Origin: an uncultured bacterium
Lineage (GTDB): Bacteria > Chloroflexota > UBA5177 > JANWHV01
Direction of reading: 5' to 3'
Assembly: GCA_963827235.1 (NCBI GenBank)
Contig: CAWHAE010000016.1
Coordinates: forward strand, 576,001 to 640,000
Length of the DNA stretch: 64,000 nucleotides
Under the pieces are notes generated by a model. That model was given only the letters and a program-made list of their open reading frames with translations, was not told where the DNA came from and searched no databases. Below, piece by piece: positions 43,896 to 53,320 of this stretch. Both the position numbers and the translations under genes were made by a program. Each line of letters starts with the position of its first letter. Position 1 is the first letter of the stretch.

Positions 43896-44702
43896 TCAGC
43901 GCCTCCGCATGCCGAAGCTCACGTAGCCTAGCGCTGCCAGCGCGGCCAGGATGGCCAGTCCGCGGACTGCGGCGGCCAGGGGCAGCGCCGGAACCAAGCA
44001 GCCGACAAAAACGATCGCCAGGCCCACCTGGGCGGAGCGCAGCAGTACCGCCGACTGTCCGGCCCGCGGCCGGGCGGCTATCGCCGCCGGGGCGGACGAG
44101 GACGCAGCAGCTCGCGGTCTCAAGGCGGTCTCCAGTGGCCGCAGGAGGTTCTGCCAGGTCTGGGGATCCGCGCCCTTGCCGCGCCACTGGAGGTCGTCCG
44201 CGGCGGCGTCGAGCACGCGAAGCACCTCGCCGCGAAACGAGCTCGCCAGCGCCGCGAAGTCCATCGCTTCGGCCAGGGCACCGTCGATCCCCTGGGTGAA
44301 GGCGCGGTCTCCGACCGCGATCGTATCGATGAGCAGCGCCTCTACAGCGCTGACCACGCGGCGGTACGTATGCCGCGGCAGGTTGGGAATGAGGCGCAGC
44401 GCGGCGCTGGCCACAACCGACCGGATCGCATCCACGCGTACGTCCGACCGCTGCGTCGCTTCATGAGCGGCGGCGCTCTCGACGACCTCCTTTTCGCGTA
44501 GCATCTCGCCGACGGCGACATAGGCAGCGTTGATCAACTTGAAGCGACGGTCTGCCTCCAGCCGCTGCGAGTCTGAGCTGCTCGCGTAGCGGTCGGGATG
44601 CCACGCCTTGACGAGCTTGCGATAGGCGCGCTTGAGTTCGTCCGGCGTAGCAGTACGCGAGAGTCCGAGTACAGCGTACGGGTCAGCGATCTCGCCGGGC
44701 AT
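43896..44702 (-). CDS. J-domain (DnaJ-like) membrane protein
   Basis: DPYAVLGL, AYRKLVKAWHPDR, FKLINAAY; two C-terminal TM helices. Confidence 0.88.
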   Translation of the reverse strand: MPGEIADPYAVLGLSRTATPDELKRAYRKLVKAWHPDRYASSSDSQRLEADRRFKLINAAYVAVGEMLREKEVVESAAAHEATQRSDVRVDAIRSVVASAALRLIPNLPRHTYRRVVSAVEALLIDTIAVGDRAFTQGIDGALAEAMDFAALASSFRGEVLRVLDAAADDLQWRGKGADPQTWQNLLRPLETALRPRAAASSSAPAAIAARPRAGQSAVLLRSAQVGLAIVFVGCLVPALPLAAAVRGLAILAALAALGYVSFGMRRR

Positions 44703-44707
44703 AGCGA

Positions 44708-46144
44708 TCAGCGTTCACGCGACTCGTAGAGCAGTCCACGGATGGCTGCGACATCCCTCCGAATCTGCACGTTTTCGTTCTTGAGCTCGACGGCAACCTT
44801 GTCGCAGCCGTGGACGACCGTGCTGTGATCGCGGTTTCCCAGGTAGGCACCGATCCGGGGCAGCGAGCAGTTGGCCTCCTCGCGCATGAGATACATTGCT
44901 ATCTGCCGGGGCAAGGCGATGGCCCGTTCGCGCGAGGCGCCGAGCATGTTCTGGCGGTCGACCTTGTAGTACGTCAGCACGGCATCCATCACCTCGTCCA
45001 GGGTCGGCGCGGACCTGCGAATACCACCCGAAGCCGCCTCCAGCGCGCTGGCCGCCAGCTCGAGAGTTACCGGAACGTTCTGCACGCCTGCCATGTGAGT
45101 GATCCGGGTGAGCGTGCCTTCGAGCTCGCGCACGTTGTTCTGCACGCGCTTGGCGATATAGTCGATGACAGTCTTCGGAATGGGAACCGGCTGGAGCTCC
45201 GCCTTCGACTGGAGGATTGCGATCCGATGTTCGAAGTCCGGCGGCTGCACGTCCGCGATCAGCCCCCACTCGAAGCGAGACCGAAGCCGATCCTCGAGCG
45301 TCGTCATTGCCTTGGGATGCCTGTCGCTGGTCATTACAATCTGCTTCTGGGCCTCGTGCAGTGCATTGAATGTATGGAAGAACTCGTCCTGAGTGCTCTC
45401 CTTGCCGGCGATGAACTGAATGTCGTCGATAAGGAGGATATCGACGCACCGGTAGCGGCTGCGGAACTCCTCCGTCCTGCCTTTCTGAATGGCAGCGATC
45501 ATCTCGTTCATGAACTGCTCGGATGAGACATACAGGACCTCGAGATGCCCGTGCAGTCTCAGTGCTTCGTGGCCGATCGCGTGCAGGAGGTGCGTCTTGC
45601 CGAGCCCGACGCTTCCCCAGATGAAGAGAGGGTTATAGCGATGGGCAGGATTCTCGGCAACGCTCATGCTCGCGGCATAGGCAAACCGATTCGTGCTCCC
45701 CTGAATGAACGTCTCGAACACGTAGCGCGGATTGAGCTGCAGCGCCTGATTGGAGAAGAACGGTGCCAGCAAAGTGGCCGACGGGCCCGGATTGGCGCGG
45801 CTCGCCCGAGTGCCTCTGGAGATCGCGGCGCCATCCGCGCGCTGGCCCGCAACGCGCTGCCTGCGCCCTTCCACCTCGTCGGCGGCGACAACCTCTTCCT
45901 CCACGATGGCGTACTGGAGCCGGATGCGGCCAAACTCGAGCGTTTGCATTGCCTTATCGATATGCTTGGAAAGCCGCTGTTCCAAATAGAGCTTGTTGAA
46001 TGCGCTCGGCACACCCACGGTGAGCTGCGAGCCGTCGTAGGCCACACACCTCGTGTTCTGTAGCCACTGCTTGAAGTTCTCCGGCGTGATGAAGCTCTGC
46101 AGTTCAGCTAAGATTCGCTGCCAAATTAGTGAGCCTTGCTGCAA
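44708..46144 (-). CDS. dnaA: chromosomal replication initiator DnaA (possibly a paralog)
   Basis: YNPLFIWGSVGLGKTHL, LLIDDIQF, RLRSRFEWGL, NVRELEG, RQIAMYL, RDHSTV; TTG start after GGAGG. Confidence 0.95.
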   Translation of the reverse strand: MQQGSLIWQRILAELQSFITPENFKQWLQNTRCVAYDGSQLTVGVPSAFNKLYLEQRLSKHIDKAMQTLEFGRIRLQYAIVEEEVVAADEVEGRRQRVAGQRADGAAISRGTRASRANPGPSATLLAPFFSNQALQLNPRYVFETFIQGSTNRFAYAASMSVAENPAHRYNPLFIWGSVGLGKTHLLHAIGHEALRLHGHLEVLYVSSEQFMNEMIAAIQKGRTEEFRSRYRCVDILLIDDIQFIAGKESTQDEFFHTFNALHEAQKQIVMTSDRHPKAMTTLEDRLRSRFEWGLIADVQPPDFEHRIAILQSKAELQPVPIPKTVIDYIAKRVQNNVRELEGTLTRITHMAGVQNVPVTLELAASALEAASGGIRRSAPTLDEVMDAVLTYYKVDRQNMLGASRERAIALPRQIAMYLMREEANCSLPRIGAYLGNRDHSTVVHGCDKVAVELKNENVQIRRDVAAIRGLLYESRER

Positions 46145-46355
46145 TCTCGTGTCCTCCCCTCATGCGGCCGAAGCATAGCATGCCCTTGCGCCCGTCTCGG
46201 CGCGGCGCCGCGCGCGGGCAATGCTGGAGCGCAGCCCCAATCTCGTGCAACGTGACGCACCGCGCCCATCTCGCGGTCCAGAGCCGCCGTGACAACACGG
46301 GGCCCATACCCCACTGCAGTGCACTAGAGAATCCATTGTAGTCCGTTGAAAGGTG

Positions 46356-47393
46356 TTACGGAACAACCGAGAGAAGATGAGCCACGATACGTTCTAGCGA
46401 CAGAATCTCTTGCGCGGCCCCGATTGCCGCTGCTTCACGAGGCATGCCGTACACGACACTGGTACTTTCATCCTGAGCGATCGTCTGGCCACCGGCGAGG
46501 CGAATGCTCTGCAGACCCGCCGCTCCGTCGGTACCCATGCCGGTAAGCACCAGCCCGACCGACTGCGCTCCGTAGGCCCGGGCAATCGAGCGCAGCAGCA
46601 CCGTTCCCGAAGGCCGGTGACCGTCGATAGGACCATCATCCGAGAAGCCAAGGAATCCCGCGCTGTCTACGACCATGTGCGTGTCGTCGGGAGCGAAGAG
46701 GACCTGGCCAGGCTGCGGGACTTCGCCCGCCTGCCCCAGACGCACCTCCATCTTTGTATCGTTACTCAGCCATTCGACGAGCCCGGGAACGAATCCGAGA
46801 GTAATATGTTGCACGACAAGGATAGGCGCCGGGAAGTTGTAGGGCAGCCGCCGGAGCAGAAAGTGCAGGGCCGCAGGACCACCGGTGGCGGCGACTACGC
46901 CGACCGCGCGGACGTGCGTCGGCGCACTGTGCGCGGCCATGGGGACGATTGGACTGGTCGGCGCCGGCTTTCTCTGCACAACTTTTACCCCGGCCATGCT
47001 TCGCACCGCCTGGACCAGCTCATCGTGCATTCGCCGGTACTCAGGTTCGTCCGGCCCGGTGGGCTTGGCCACGACTGCCAGGGCACCGGCGCGAATAGCC
47101 TCAAAGGCCATTTGCGAGGAAGGGTCGCCGACGTAGCCGCTGAGCACGACGATCGGCACTGCCAGACTCTCCAGAATCTTCTGCGTGGCCTGCAGGCCGT
47201 CCATGATTGGCATGTTGATGTCCATGATTACAACGTCGGGGCGCAGCGAGAGGCACAGCCGAACTGCCTCCGCTCCATCCCTCGCCGCGCCTACCACGCG
47301 CAAGTCTGGCTCCTGCTCGAGCGTCGTCAGGAGCAGGCGCCGCATAACAGCGGAGTCGTCCGCGATCAACACGCGATATATGCGCTGAGCCAT
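46356..47393 (-). CDS. cheB: CheB-like receiver plus methylesterase-domain protein; catalytic Ser replaced by Ala
   Basis: ADDS, MDINMP, AATGGP (canonical ASTGGP), VVQH, HRPS, TGMGTDG, AQDE. Confidence 0.88.
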   Translation of the reverse strand: MAQRIYRVLIADDSAVMRRLLLTTLEQEPDLRVVGAARDGAEAVRLCLSLRPDVVIMDINMPIMDGLQATQKILESLAVPIVVLSGYVGDPSSQMAFEAIRAGALAVVAKPTGPDEPEYRRMHDELVQAVRSMAGVKVVQRKPAPTSPIVPMAAHSAPTHVRAVGVVAATGGPAALHFLLRRLPYNFPAPILVVQHITLGFVPGLVEWLSNDTKMEVRLGQAGEVPQPGQVLFAPDDTHMVVDSAGFLGFSDDGPIDGHRPSGTVLLRSIARAYGAQSVGLVLTGMGTDGAAGLQSIRLAGGQTIAQDESTSVVYGMPREAAAIGAAQEILSLERIVAHLLSVVP

Positions 47394-47544
47394 CAATGCT
47401 CCAACAATCTTGGCCGTCTCTGGTAGGTCCGCAATATGCGAAGCCCAGGGCAGACGCACTCGACGGCCCGCGATTCGCTTGTATCGAGTGTACAGCACAG
47501 CTGGGGTGGCTCGGCGCGGCAACGTGCAGGCGGGAACTCGCAGC

Positions 47545-48186
47545 TTAAGGCCGCAAAAAGTACGTCCGCACCCGATCGCGCAATGCCGGCCACACTGTAT
47601 CGTAGCCAGCCAGTTCCACGTCGCTCATATCTCGGTACAGCTTGCCCGCTGCCTTGTGCATGCGAATGCTTTCCGTCCAGAACTCGCCGGCGGTGCCGGT
47701 CGCTGGCGGACGCTCCATGATCACGCCGCCGCTCCCGCACGCCGTCCAGCTTTCGAGCAGATTGCCATCGCGCGCCAGGGCCAGGGCCTCGCACCACTCG
47801 CAGGCGCGATCGTTGCCGGTTAGCCCATGCATCAGGGAGAGCAGATGGTCGACGCGGCTTGGGCCGTCCGCGTCGTCGCCGGCGTTGCGCCGAGTGAAGA
47901 GCTCGTTCCATTGCCCGGCAAGCGCAGGGATGCGCAAGCCCCCATCGCTCGCCAACACTAAAATCCCGCCGGCACGATCCGACCACGCCAGCGCCTTCTC
48001 CACCGCGTTCTCCAGGAAGCCAGGGCCCCGCTCGTCGACGCGCGGCGGAAGGATACTCAGGTCGAAGGGAGTGCGAAGCAACACCGGCAGGCCCTGGCAG
48101 AGCCAGGCGAGTCGCCGAAGCTTCGCCGAGTTCGAGCTGGCGAGCAGGAGCGGCTCGGGCTCCAGCCTGCTAGCATCCGGCTTCAT
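47545..48186 (-). CDS. Ham1/ITPase-like NTP pyrophosphatase, divergent
   Basis: LASSNSAK, FLENAVEKA, LASDGGLRIPALAG; no C-terminal SHR motif. Confidence 0.75.
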   Translation of the reverse strand: MKPDASRLEPEPLLLASSNSAKLRRLAWLCQGLPVLLRTPFDLSILPPRVDERGPGFLENAVEKALAWSDRAGGILVLASDGGLRIPALAGQWNELFTRRNAGDDADGPSRVDHLLSLMHGLTGNDRACEWCEALALARDGNLLESWTACGSGGVIMERPPATGTAGEFWTESIRMHKAAGKLYRDMSDVELAGYDTVWPALRDRVRTYFLRP

Positions 48187-48541
48187 CGTCGGGCCGTGGG
48201 GCGTTCTGCGACTGGGCATACGCTCGCAGCGAAGCGTAGCTCGCCTCGGAGCGAGTCTTCCACCACCCGGAGTCACCTCGAAGCCGGATATTCCGCATAT
48301 CGAGGAGCCATCGGGCGTACGCAGTGCGCTGGCGCACCAGCACGCACACGGCGCGGCGGTTCACGCGCCACCAAGGGCGCGTCCCGGGCAGCGATGGCAT
48401 GTAGAGGCCGAATGTCTCCAGACGCCAGCGGGCCAGCCCTTTGCACAGCAGCAAAGCGACGTGGCGGGCCAGCAGAACGTCGGAACACGTCCGAAGGACG
48501 TATGTCCTGGCGAAGCCGCCACGTCTGTGCAGGCGGCCCAT
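48170..48541 (-). CDS. basic hypothetical protein (~123 aa)
   Basis: TGATG coupling to the upstream gene; RWRLETFGLYMPSLP..RPWW; its end overlaps the Ham1 start. Confidence 0.55.
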   Translation of the reverse strand: MGRLHRRGGFARTYVLRTCSDVLLARHVALLLCKGLARWRLETFGLYMPSLPGTRPWWRVNRRAVCVLVRQRTAYARWLLDMRNIRLRGDSGWWKTRSEASYASLRAYAQSQNAPRPDDEAGC

Positions 48542-49104
48542 CAGTGATAGAACGGGTTGTGCCTGTTGCCCCTGGCCTCCGCAACCATGTCCGCCAGTTG
48601 CTTGCTGGTGAAGACATCCTCTTCCTGGCCATACGACAGAGCAAGGCGCTGAATATCCCGTCGGAGATAGCCCGGCACGGGATAGCGATAATTGACGATC
48701 AGCGTGTCGTCGCGCTCGACCAGAAGCACCGCCAGGGCCTTCACCTTGTCGAGTCGCGCACCGATGGTGCGAAACGTCTCCTGGTAGCCATCGGCACATA
48801 CGGGACGGCGTCGAGTAGACCGGGCCGATCGCACGGCACCTGCCCGGGCGGCACCGCGGCGTCTAGCGGTTCGCTCGCCTCGCAGCCGAGCCATGAGGCG
48901 AGACAGGTCGCCATGGGGCACCATCCCCGTCACCGGCCTGGCGAGGTCGCCACGAGAAAAACTGTGCCAAACGAAGCCATCGTCGATCTCACTCAGCGTA
49001 ACGTACTCCGCCCGCAGCCAATCCAGGTAAGCGCCTATAGCGCGCAACGCGTCGCGATATTGAGGCTCGTCCTGTGTCGCGAAGCCGATCGCCGTGCTTG
49101 CCAC
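48541..49104 (-). CDS. hypothetical protein, paralog B with internal two-fold repeat
   Basis: YRDALRAIGAYLD / YQETFRTIGARLD; aligns with the 49221-49823 product. Confidence 0.8.
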   Translation of the reverse strand: MASTAIGFATQDEPQYRDALRAIGAYLDWLRAEYVTLSEIDDGFVWHSFSRGDLARPVTGMVPHGDLSRLMARLRGERTARRRGAARAGAVRSARSTRRRPVCADGYQETFRTIGARLDKVKALAVLLVERDDTLIVNYRYPVPGYLRRDIQRLALSYGQEEDVFTSKQLADMVAEARGNRHNPFYH

Positions 49105-49220
49105 TCAACACACCCTCGATCAGTCTAGGCACGCGGGCCACGTCTCTCATCATAGCATCGCGTCGGCAACGCGGCTCCTGGCAGTAGCCACCAGCACGCA
49201 AGCGCGACCCGCGGGAGCAC

Positions 49221-49823
49221 TCAGTGATAGAAGCTCGTGCCCCGAAAGCCCCGGACGCGCCGTACCAACGCTATGGCGTCGTCGCGATACAGCACATCCT
49301 CGTGGAAGTAGTTGTTCGAGATGAATCGATCGGGCTCCATCTGAACAAACAGCGGGACCGCCAGGGTATACTGCACCAATATCGAGTCATCGCTCTCCTG
49401 CAACATGAAGGAAGTCGCCGCGACGCGGTCCAGCTTGTAGCTCAAGCAACGCAACAACTCCTCATAGCCGAATGGGCACACGGCGTCGATGCGCCGCTCC
49501 GGCTGAATGATCGAGCGCGATCCGTCGGGAAGGCTGAATTTGGTTTGCAGTCCCGGCGCATCCTGGGCTTCGTCGATCACCAGGTCGGGCACGCGGCCCA
49601 GTCGAGCGGCTTTCACCGACTCAGTCAGCTGCGGTATCTCGTCATGCCCGACCACGCCGCAGAGAAGCTGCGCAGGGTCTTCGCGAGCAAGGCAGCGCCA
49701 GATGAATCCTTGCTCGCTCTCGGCGAGCGTGAGGTTTCGCGCCTCAAGCGTATCCAGGTACGCTCCGATCGGGCGGAGCAATAGCCGATACTTCGGCGCT
49801 GCCGAGGTGCTCAAGGTTCCCAC
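49221..49823 (-). CDS. hypothetical protein, paralog A with internal two-fold repeat
   Basis: YRLLLRPIGAYLD / YEELLRCLSYKLD; shares the C-terminal FYH; start uncertain. Confidence 0.8.
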   Translation of the reverse strand: MGTLSTSAAPKYRLLLRPIGAYLDTLEARNLTLAESEQGFIWRCLAREDPAQLLCGVVGHDEIPQLTESVKAARLGRVPDLVIDEAQDAPGLQTKFSLPDGSRSIIQPERRIDAVCPFGYEELLRCLSYKLDRVAATSFMLQESDDSILVQYTLAVPLFVQMEPDRFISNNYFHEDVLYRDDAIALVRRVRGFRGTSFYH

Positions 49824-50033
49824 GTGATGCAATCTAGTGATCAATGTCCGCCTCACAGGGTTGTCTACCGCTCTCGGAGTCACGCCCAGTATAGTCGACC
49901 AAAGCAGCCTCTGCAAGACTGGAGCGCCGTGAGCATGGCCGCCGTTGCTTCGACCTCGACCTTGCGGCGAACCGCGTGTCCGGGGCGCCGTCCAGTCATC
50001 TCTGGCCGGGTCCAGATGGGACCAGCGATGCTG

Positions 50034-51203
50034 CTATGGCAGCACCTGAATGTCAAATTCGAAGAGCCGCTGGTACTCGCGAACCGCGGCGCGATCAGTC
50101 ATCTCGGCAAGATAGTCGCAGATCACACGCGGCAGGCTGCAGCCGGGCGACTCACGCTTTCTGACCAGGGGCGGCAGCTGAGCGGGATTTGTCGCGTAGG
50201 ACTCAAACAACGCGCGTACCAGGCGTTGCGCCTTCACCCACATGGTTTCGACGATGTGGTGCCGGTAGAGCGATGCGGTCAGGAACTCGTGCAGCGACGC
50301 TCGTAGCGCCTGCACGTCCGGCGAGAAGGTCACGACCGCCGTTTCCAGGCTGCGGATCTCGTCCGGGCTGGATGGATGCAGATCGTCAAGAGCCGCGGCC
50401 GTCATGGCCACCGCATCGGTGACCATGACGTTCACCAGGTAGCGCTTGAGCGAGCGGCGGGCGAGGTCATGCGTCAGATCGGCGGTTCGTTCGACGATCT
50501 GAGGCCGCACCGCCGTCCACCAGGTGGGACGCTGCTCGTCGAACGCTTCCCAACGAATAAGACCGGCCGCCAGGCCGTCGTCAAGGTCGTGGCAGCCGTA
50601 CGCAATGCCGTCCGCCAGATCGCTGACCTGTGCTTCGAGGCTGGGCTGGTTGAAGTTGACAAACTCACGCTCCGGCCCCGGAAGGCGATGAATGCCGTGC
50701 ATGGCGATCCCCTCGCGCACTTCCCAGGTCAGATTCAAGCCGTGCATACCGGGGTATTCTTCCTCGAGCAGGTCGACGATGCGTAGCGTCTGGGCGTTGT
50801 GCTCGAAGCCGCCATCTCCGGCCATGCATTCGGAGAGCATGGTCTCGCCCGCGTGCCCAAACGGCGGGTGGCCGAGATCGTGCGCCCGGCAGATTGCCTC
50901 CGTGAGGTCGAGGTTCAGACCCAGCGTCTTGGCCATGGTCAGGGCGATCTGCGTGGCCTCTTCGGTATGGGTCAGGCGCGTCCGAAAATACTCGCCTTCC
51001 AGGGTGACGAACACCTGAGTCTTGTTCCCCAGTCGCCGGTAGGCCGAGGAATGCACGATCCGATCTCGGTCTCGGCTAAACCCCGTGCGGAGCGCATCGC
51101 CGCCATCGCCATGGCGGCGCCCACGCGAGCCCGCCGCGTGCTCGGCGTACGGCGCCAGGCTCCTCGCCTCAGCAGCCTCCAGGTCCTGACGGCGCAACAG
51201 CAT
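50034..51203 (-). CDS. dgt: deoxyguanosinetriphosphate triphosphohydrolase-like HD protein
   Basis: RDRDRIVHS, KTQVF, RTRLTHT, HDLGHPPFGHAGE, FEHN, HDLDDG. Confidence 0.93.
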   Translation of the reverse strand: MLLRRQDLEAAEARSLAPYAEHAAGSRGRRHGDGGDALRTGFSRDRDRIVHSSAYRRLGNKTQVFVTLEGEYFRTRLTHTEEATQIALTMAKTLGLNLDLTEAICRAHDLGHPPFGHAGETMLSECMAGDGGFEHNAQTLRIVDLLEEEYPGMHGLNLTWEVREGIAMHGIHRLPGPEREFVNFNQPSLEAQVSDLADGIAYGCHDLDDGLAAGLIRWEAFDEQRPTWWTAVRPQIVERTADLTHDLARRSLKRYLVNVMVTDAVAMTAAALDDLHPSSPDEIRSLETAVVTFSPDVQALRASLHEFLTASLYRHHIVETMWVKAQRLVRALFESYATNPAQLPPLVRKRESPGCSLPRVICDYLAEMTDRAAVREYQRLFEFDIQVLP

Positions 51204-51273
51204 ACGGCGCTACATCATCCTCCTCGGAAATCGCCCCGGCGGCGCGGGAACCGCCATAGCGAAGCGTAGCAGG

Positions 51274-52923
51274 TTACTGTGTATAGCTGCGAAGAACCCA
51301 GCCGTCAATACTCGACGCGGGCAAAGCGACGTGCGCCCAGTGGGTCGTAAGGGCAAGAACCTGAAGCGTCGTACCCTGCTTGACCTCCGCGATTACCTGG
51401 TGGTCCTGCCCAGGACCGCTACGGATATTCAGGATCGAGGCGGCAACCGTGATGAGCGTCGCGTGCACAATTAGGGCCGTGCCGTCGTCGGTCAATTGCA
51501 CGGCGCCGGACGCTCTTTGCACCGCGCCGGCGGCCTTCGACGGCGGCGCAGTCAGCGGCCTGGCGACCCAGCCGGTCGTGCCTCCCGGCAGCACAACCGC
51601 GGCCCAGTGCGGCGTGCTGCGCACGAGCTGCATCTCCGTACCGCCGTACACGGAACCGCTGACAGGATACTGCAGGCCCGGTCCGCTTCTCACGTGAAGC
51701 AGCGGTACCGTCGGCACGATGTAGGCGGTCGACTGGCCCGACCTACCGGAGACGTCGATGTACTGGCGCACCACCCAGCCCTGCGACCCGTCTCGCGTCT
51801 TGATACTTGCCCAGTGGGGCGAGAAAGAGAGAACCTCCACCTTGTCCTTCTGGTACACAGACGTCACGATCGCATGGTTCTCGCCGGGGCCGGAACGCAC
51901 GTTCAAGCCGAGCACGTTCACCGTTCCCACGGTCGAACCCGCCGGCGGCCAAGTCGGGCGCGCAGCTGAGTCCGCACTATCCCAGTCCTGGTAGCCAGTC
52001 ACATACTTCTTGTCCACCCAGCCGGTCACGTTCTGGGGCAACGCGACGTCAATCCACGCTCCCTGCGTCTTGATGTAGCCGAGTTTGGCGCCACGTAGAG
52101 TCGTGCCGAGGATATGCGCTTTCAGCCCGGGGCCGCTGCGCACGTGTAGTCCGTCGCTCACGGACACCACGACGTAGTGCTTGTAGCTCTGCAAGAAATG
52201 CTGCAGTACGGGCTCGGACTCCAGAGGAAAGATCTTGTTCTGCCCACCGGAGCTCAGGATGTAGCTCGCCGGCTGGAGTTGATGCGCGGCCACGAAGGCA
52301 ATCGGATCCATGTAACCGGCAATCAGGCTGCTGTTCCCGAACGTGTATCCCCAGCCGTCTTCGTCGACGGTCTTGATCTCAAAGTGAAGGTGGGCGCCCG
52401 TCACGAAGCCGGTAGCACCCACCAGCCCGATCTCCTGGCCTTGCGTCACCACCTCGCCACTGTAGACCGTGAGACTGCCGAATGCCATGTGCTCGTACTG
52501 GGAGTACACGATGCTCCCATCGGGCAAGTAGTGCCGGATGCGAACCATGACACCGTAGCTTCCGTTGTATCCCGCGGTCACCACGATGCCGTTCGCCGTC
52601 GCGTGCACGACTGAGCTGGCGGTAGAAGTGGCCAGGTCGGTGCCCGTGTGCCCACAATAGTAGAGGCCGTAGAGATAATACCCCTGGTTCTGGGAGGGAT
52701 CGCATGAGGTATTGAAGCCCTGGGAGATGTAATAGCCGTTGCCGTTGTTCTGGTTCCAGGTAGGCTGGACCGTGCTCATGCCGACCGGATAGATAAACGA
52801 CGTGGCGATCGCCGCACCGCCTGTGCTAGTATTGTCTGACGACGGGGATGCCATGGCATTGAGCGGGCCGTACGGAAGAGCAGTCGCACACGTCAGCACG
52901 AGCGTTGCGGAGATCTGCTTCAA
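51274..52923 (-). CDS. secreted M23 peptidase with four SH3b domains
   Basis: HTGTD, YEHM, HLHFE; four L[HN][VI]RSGPG...GWV repeats; start may be ATC at 52950. Confidence 0.9.
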   Translation of the reverse strand: MKQISATLVLTCATALPYGPLNAMASPSSDNTSTGGAAIATSFIYPVGMSTVQPTWNQNNGNGYYISQGFNTSCDPSQNQGYYLYGLYYCGHTGTDLATSTASSVVHATANGIVVTAGYNGSYGVMVRIRHYLPDGSIVYSQYEHMAFGSLTVYSGEVVTQGQEIGLVGATGFVTGAHLHFEIKTVDEDGWGYTFGNSSLIAGYMDPIAFVAAHQLQPASYILSSGGQNKIFPLESEPVLQHFLQSYKHYVVVSVSDGLHVRSGPGLKAHILGTTLRGAKLGYIKTQGAWIDVALPQNVTGWVDKKYVTGYQDWDSADSAARPTWPPAGSTVGTVNVLGLNVRSGPGENHAIVTSVYQKDKVEVLSFSPHWASIKTRDGSQGWVVRQYIDVSGRSGQSTAYIVPTVPLLHVRSGPGLQYPVSGSVYGGTEMQLVRSTPHWAAVVLPGGTTGWVARPLTAPPSKAAGAVQRASGAVQLTDDGTALIVHATLITVAASILNIRSGPGQDHQVIAEVKQGTTLQVLALTTHWAHVALPASSIDGWVLRSYTQ

Positions 52924-53068
52924 TCGGGATCTTGATACTGGCAGCTTGATAGTGTCACCTCGATCTGGAGTGGGCTAGAGCTGGCTTTGTGGCAACCGTA
53001 GCAGGCGACGTCAGCAGTGTCAATGGGTGGTGGCTCACAACTCACCACACACAAGATGGAGGGATGGG

Positions 53069-53260
53069 GTGGCAAAAAAGGACAAAGGGGCCGTGCAGAA
53101 ATGCAAAGCCTGTGGATCGCCGATGATCCTCGACGAGACTATCATCGAATCAGCAGGCAACAGGAGGATAAAGCGGGTGTTCCTTCACTGTGTGAACGGT
53201 GAGTGCGGGCACATCGACCGCCTGCGCGACGTCCTGGTTCAGCCAGGCGCCACGGCATAA
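53069..53260 (+). CDS. small zinc-ribbon protein (Ogr/Delta-like Cys pattern)
   Basis: CKACG...CVNGECGH; SD GGAGG before GTG. Confidence 0.7.
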   Translation: MAKKDKGAVQKCKACGSPMILDETIIESAGNRRIKRVFLHCVNGECGHIDRLRDVLVQPGATA

Positions 53261-53320
53261 TCAGGGGGCTCCGGCAGACGATCGCCGGCTGGACGCCGAT
53301 ATCGGGCGGGTGCGCGTGCC

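Noticed and set aside
46145-46355. oriC upstream of dnaA
   Set aside because: The region is GC-rich with no recognisable DnaA boxes or DUE.
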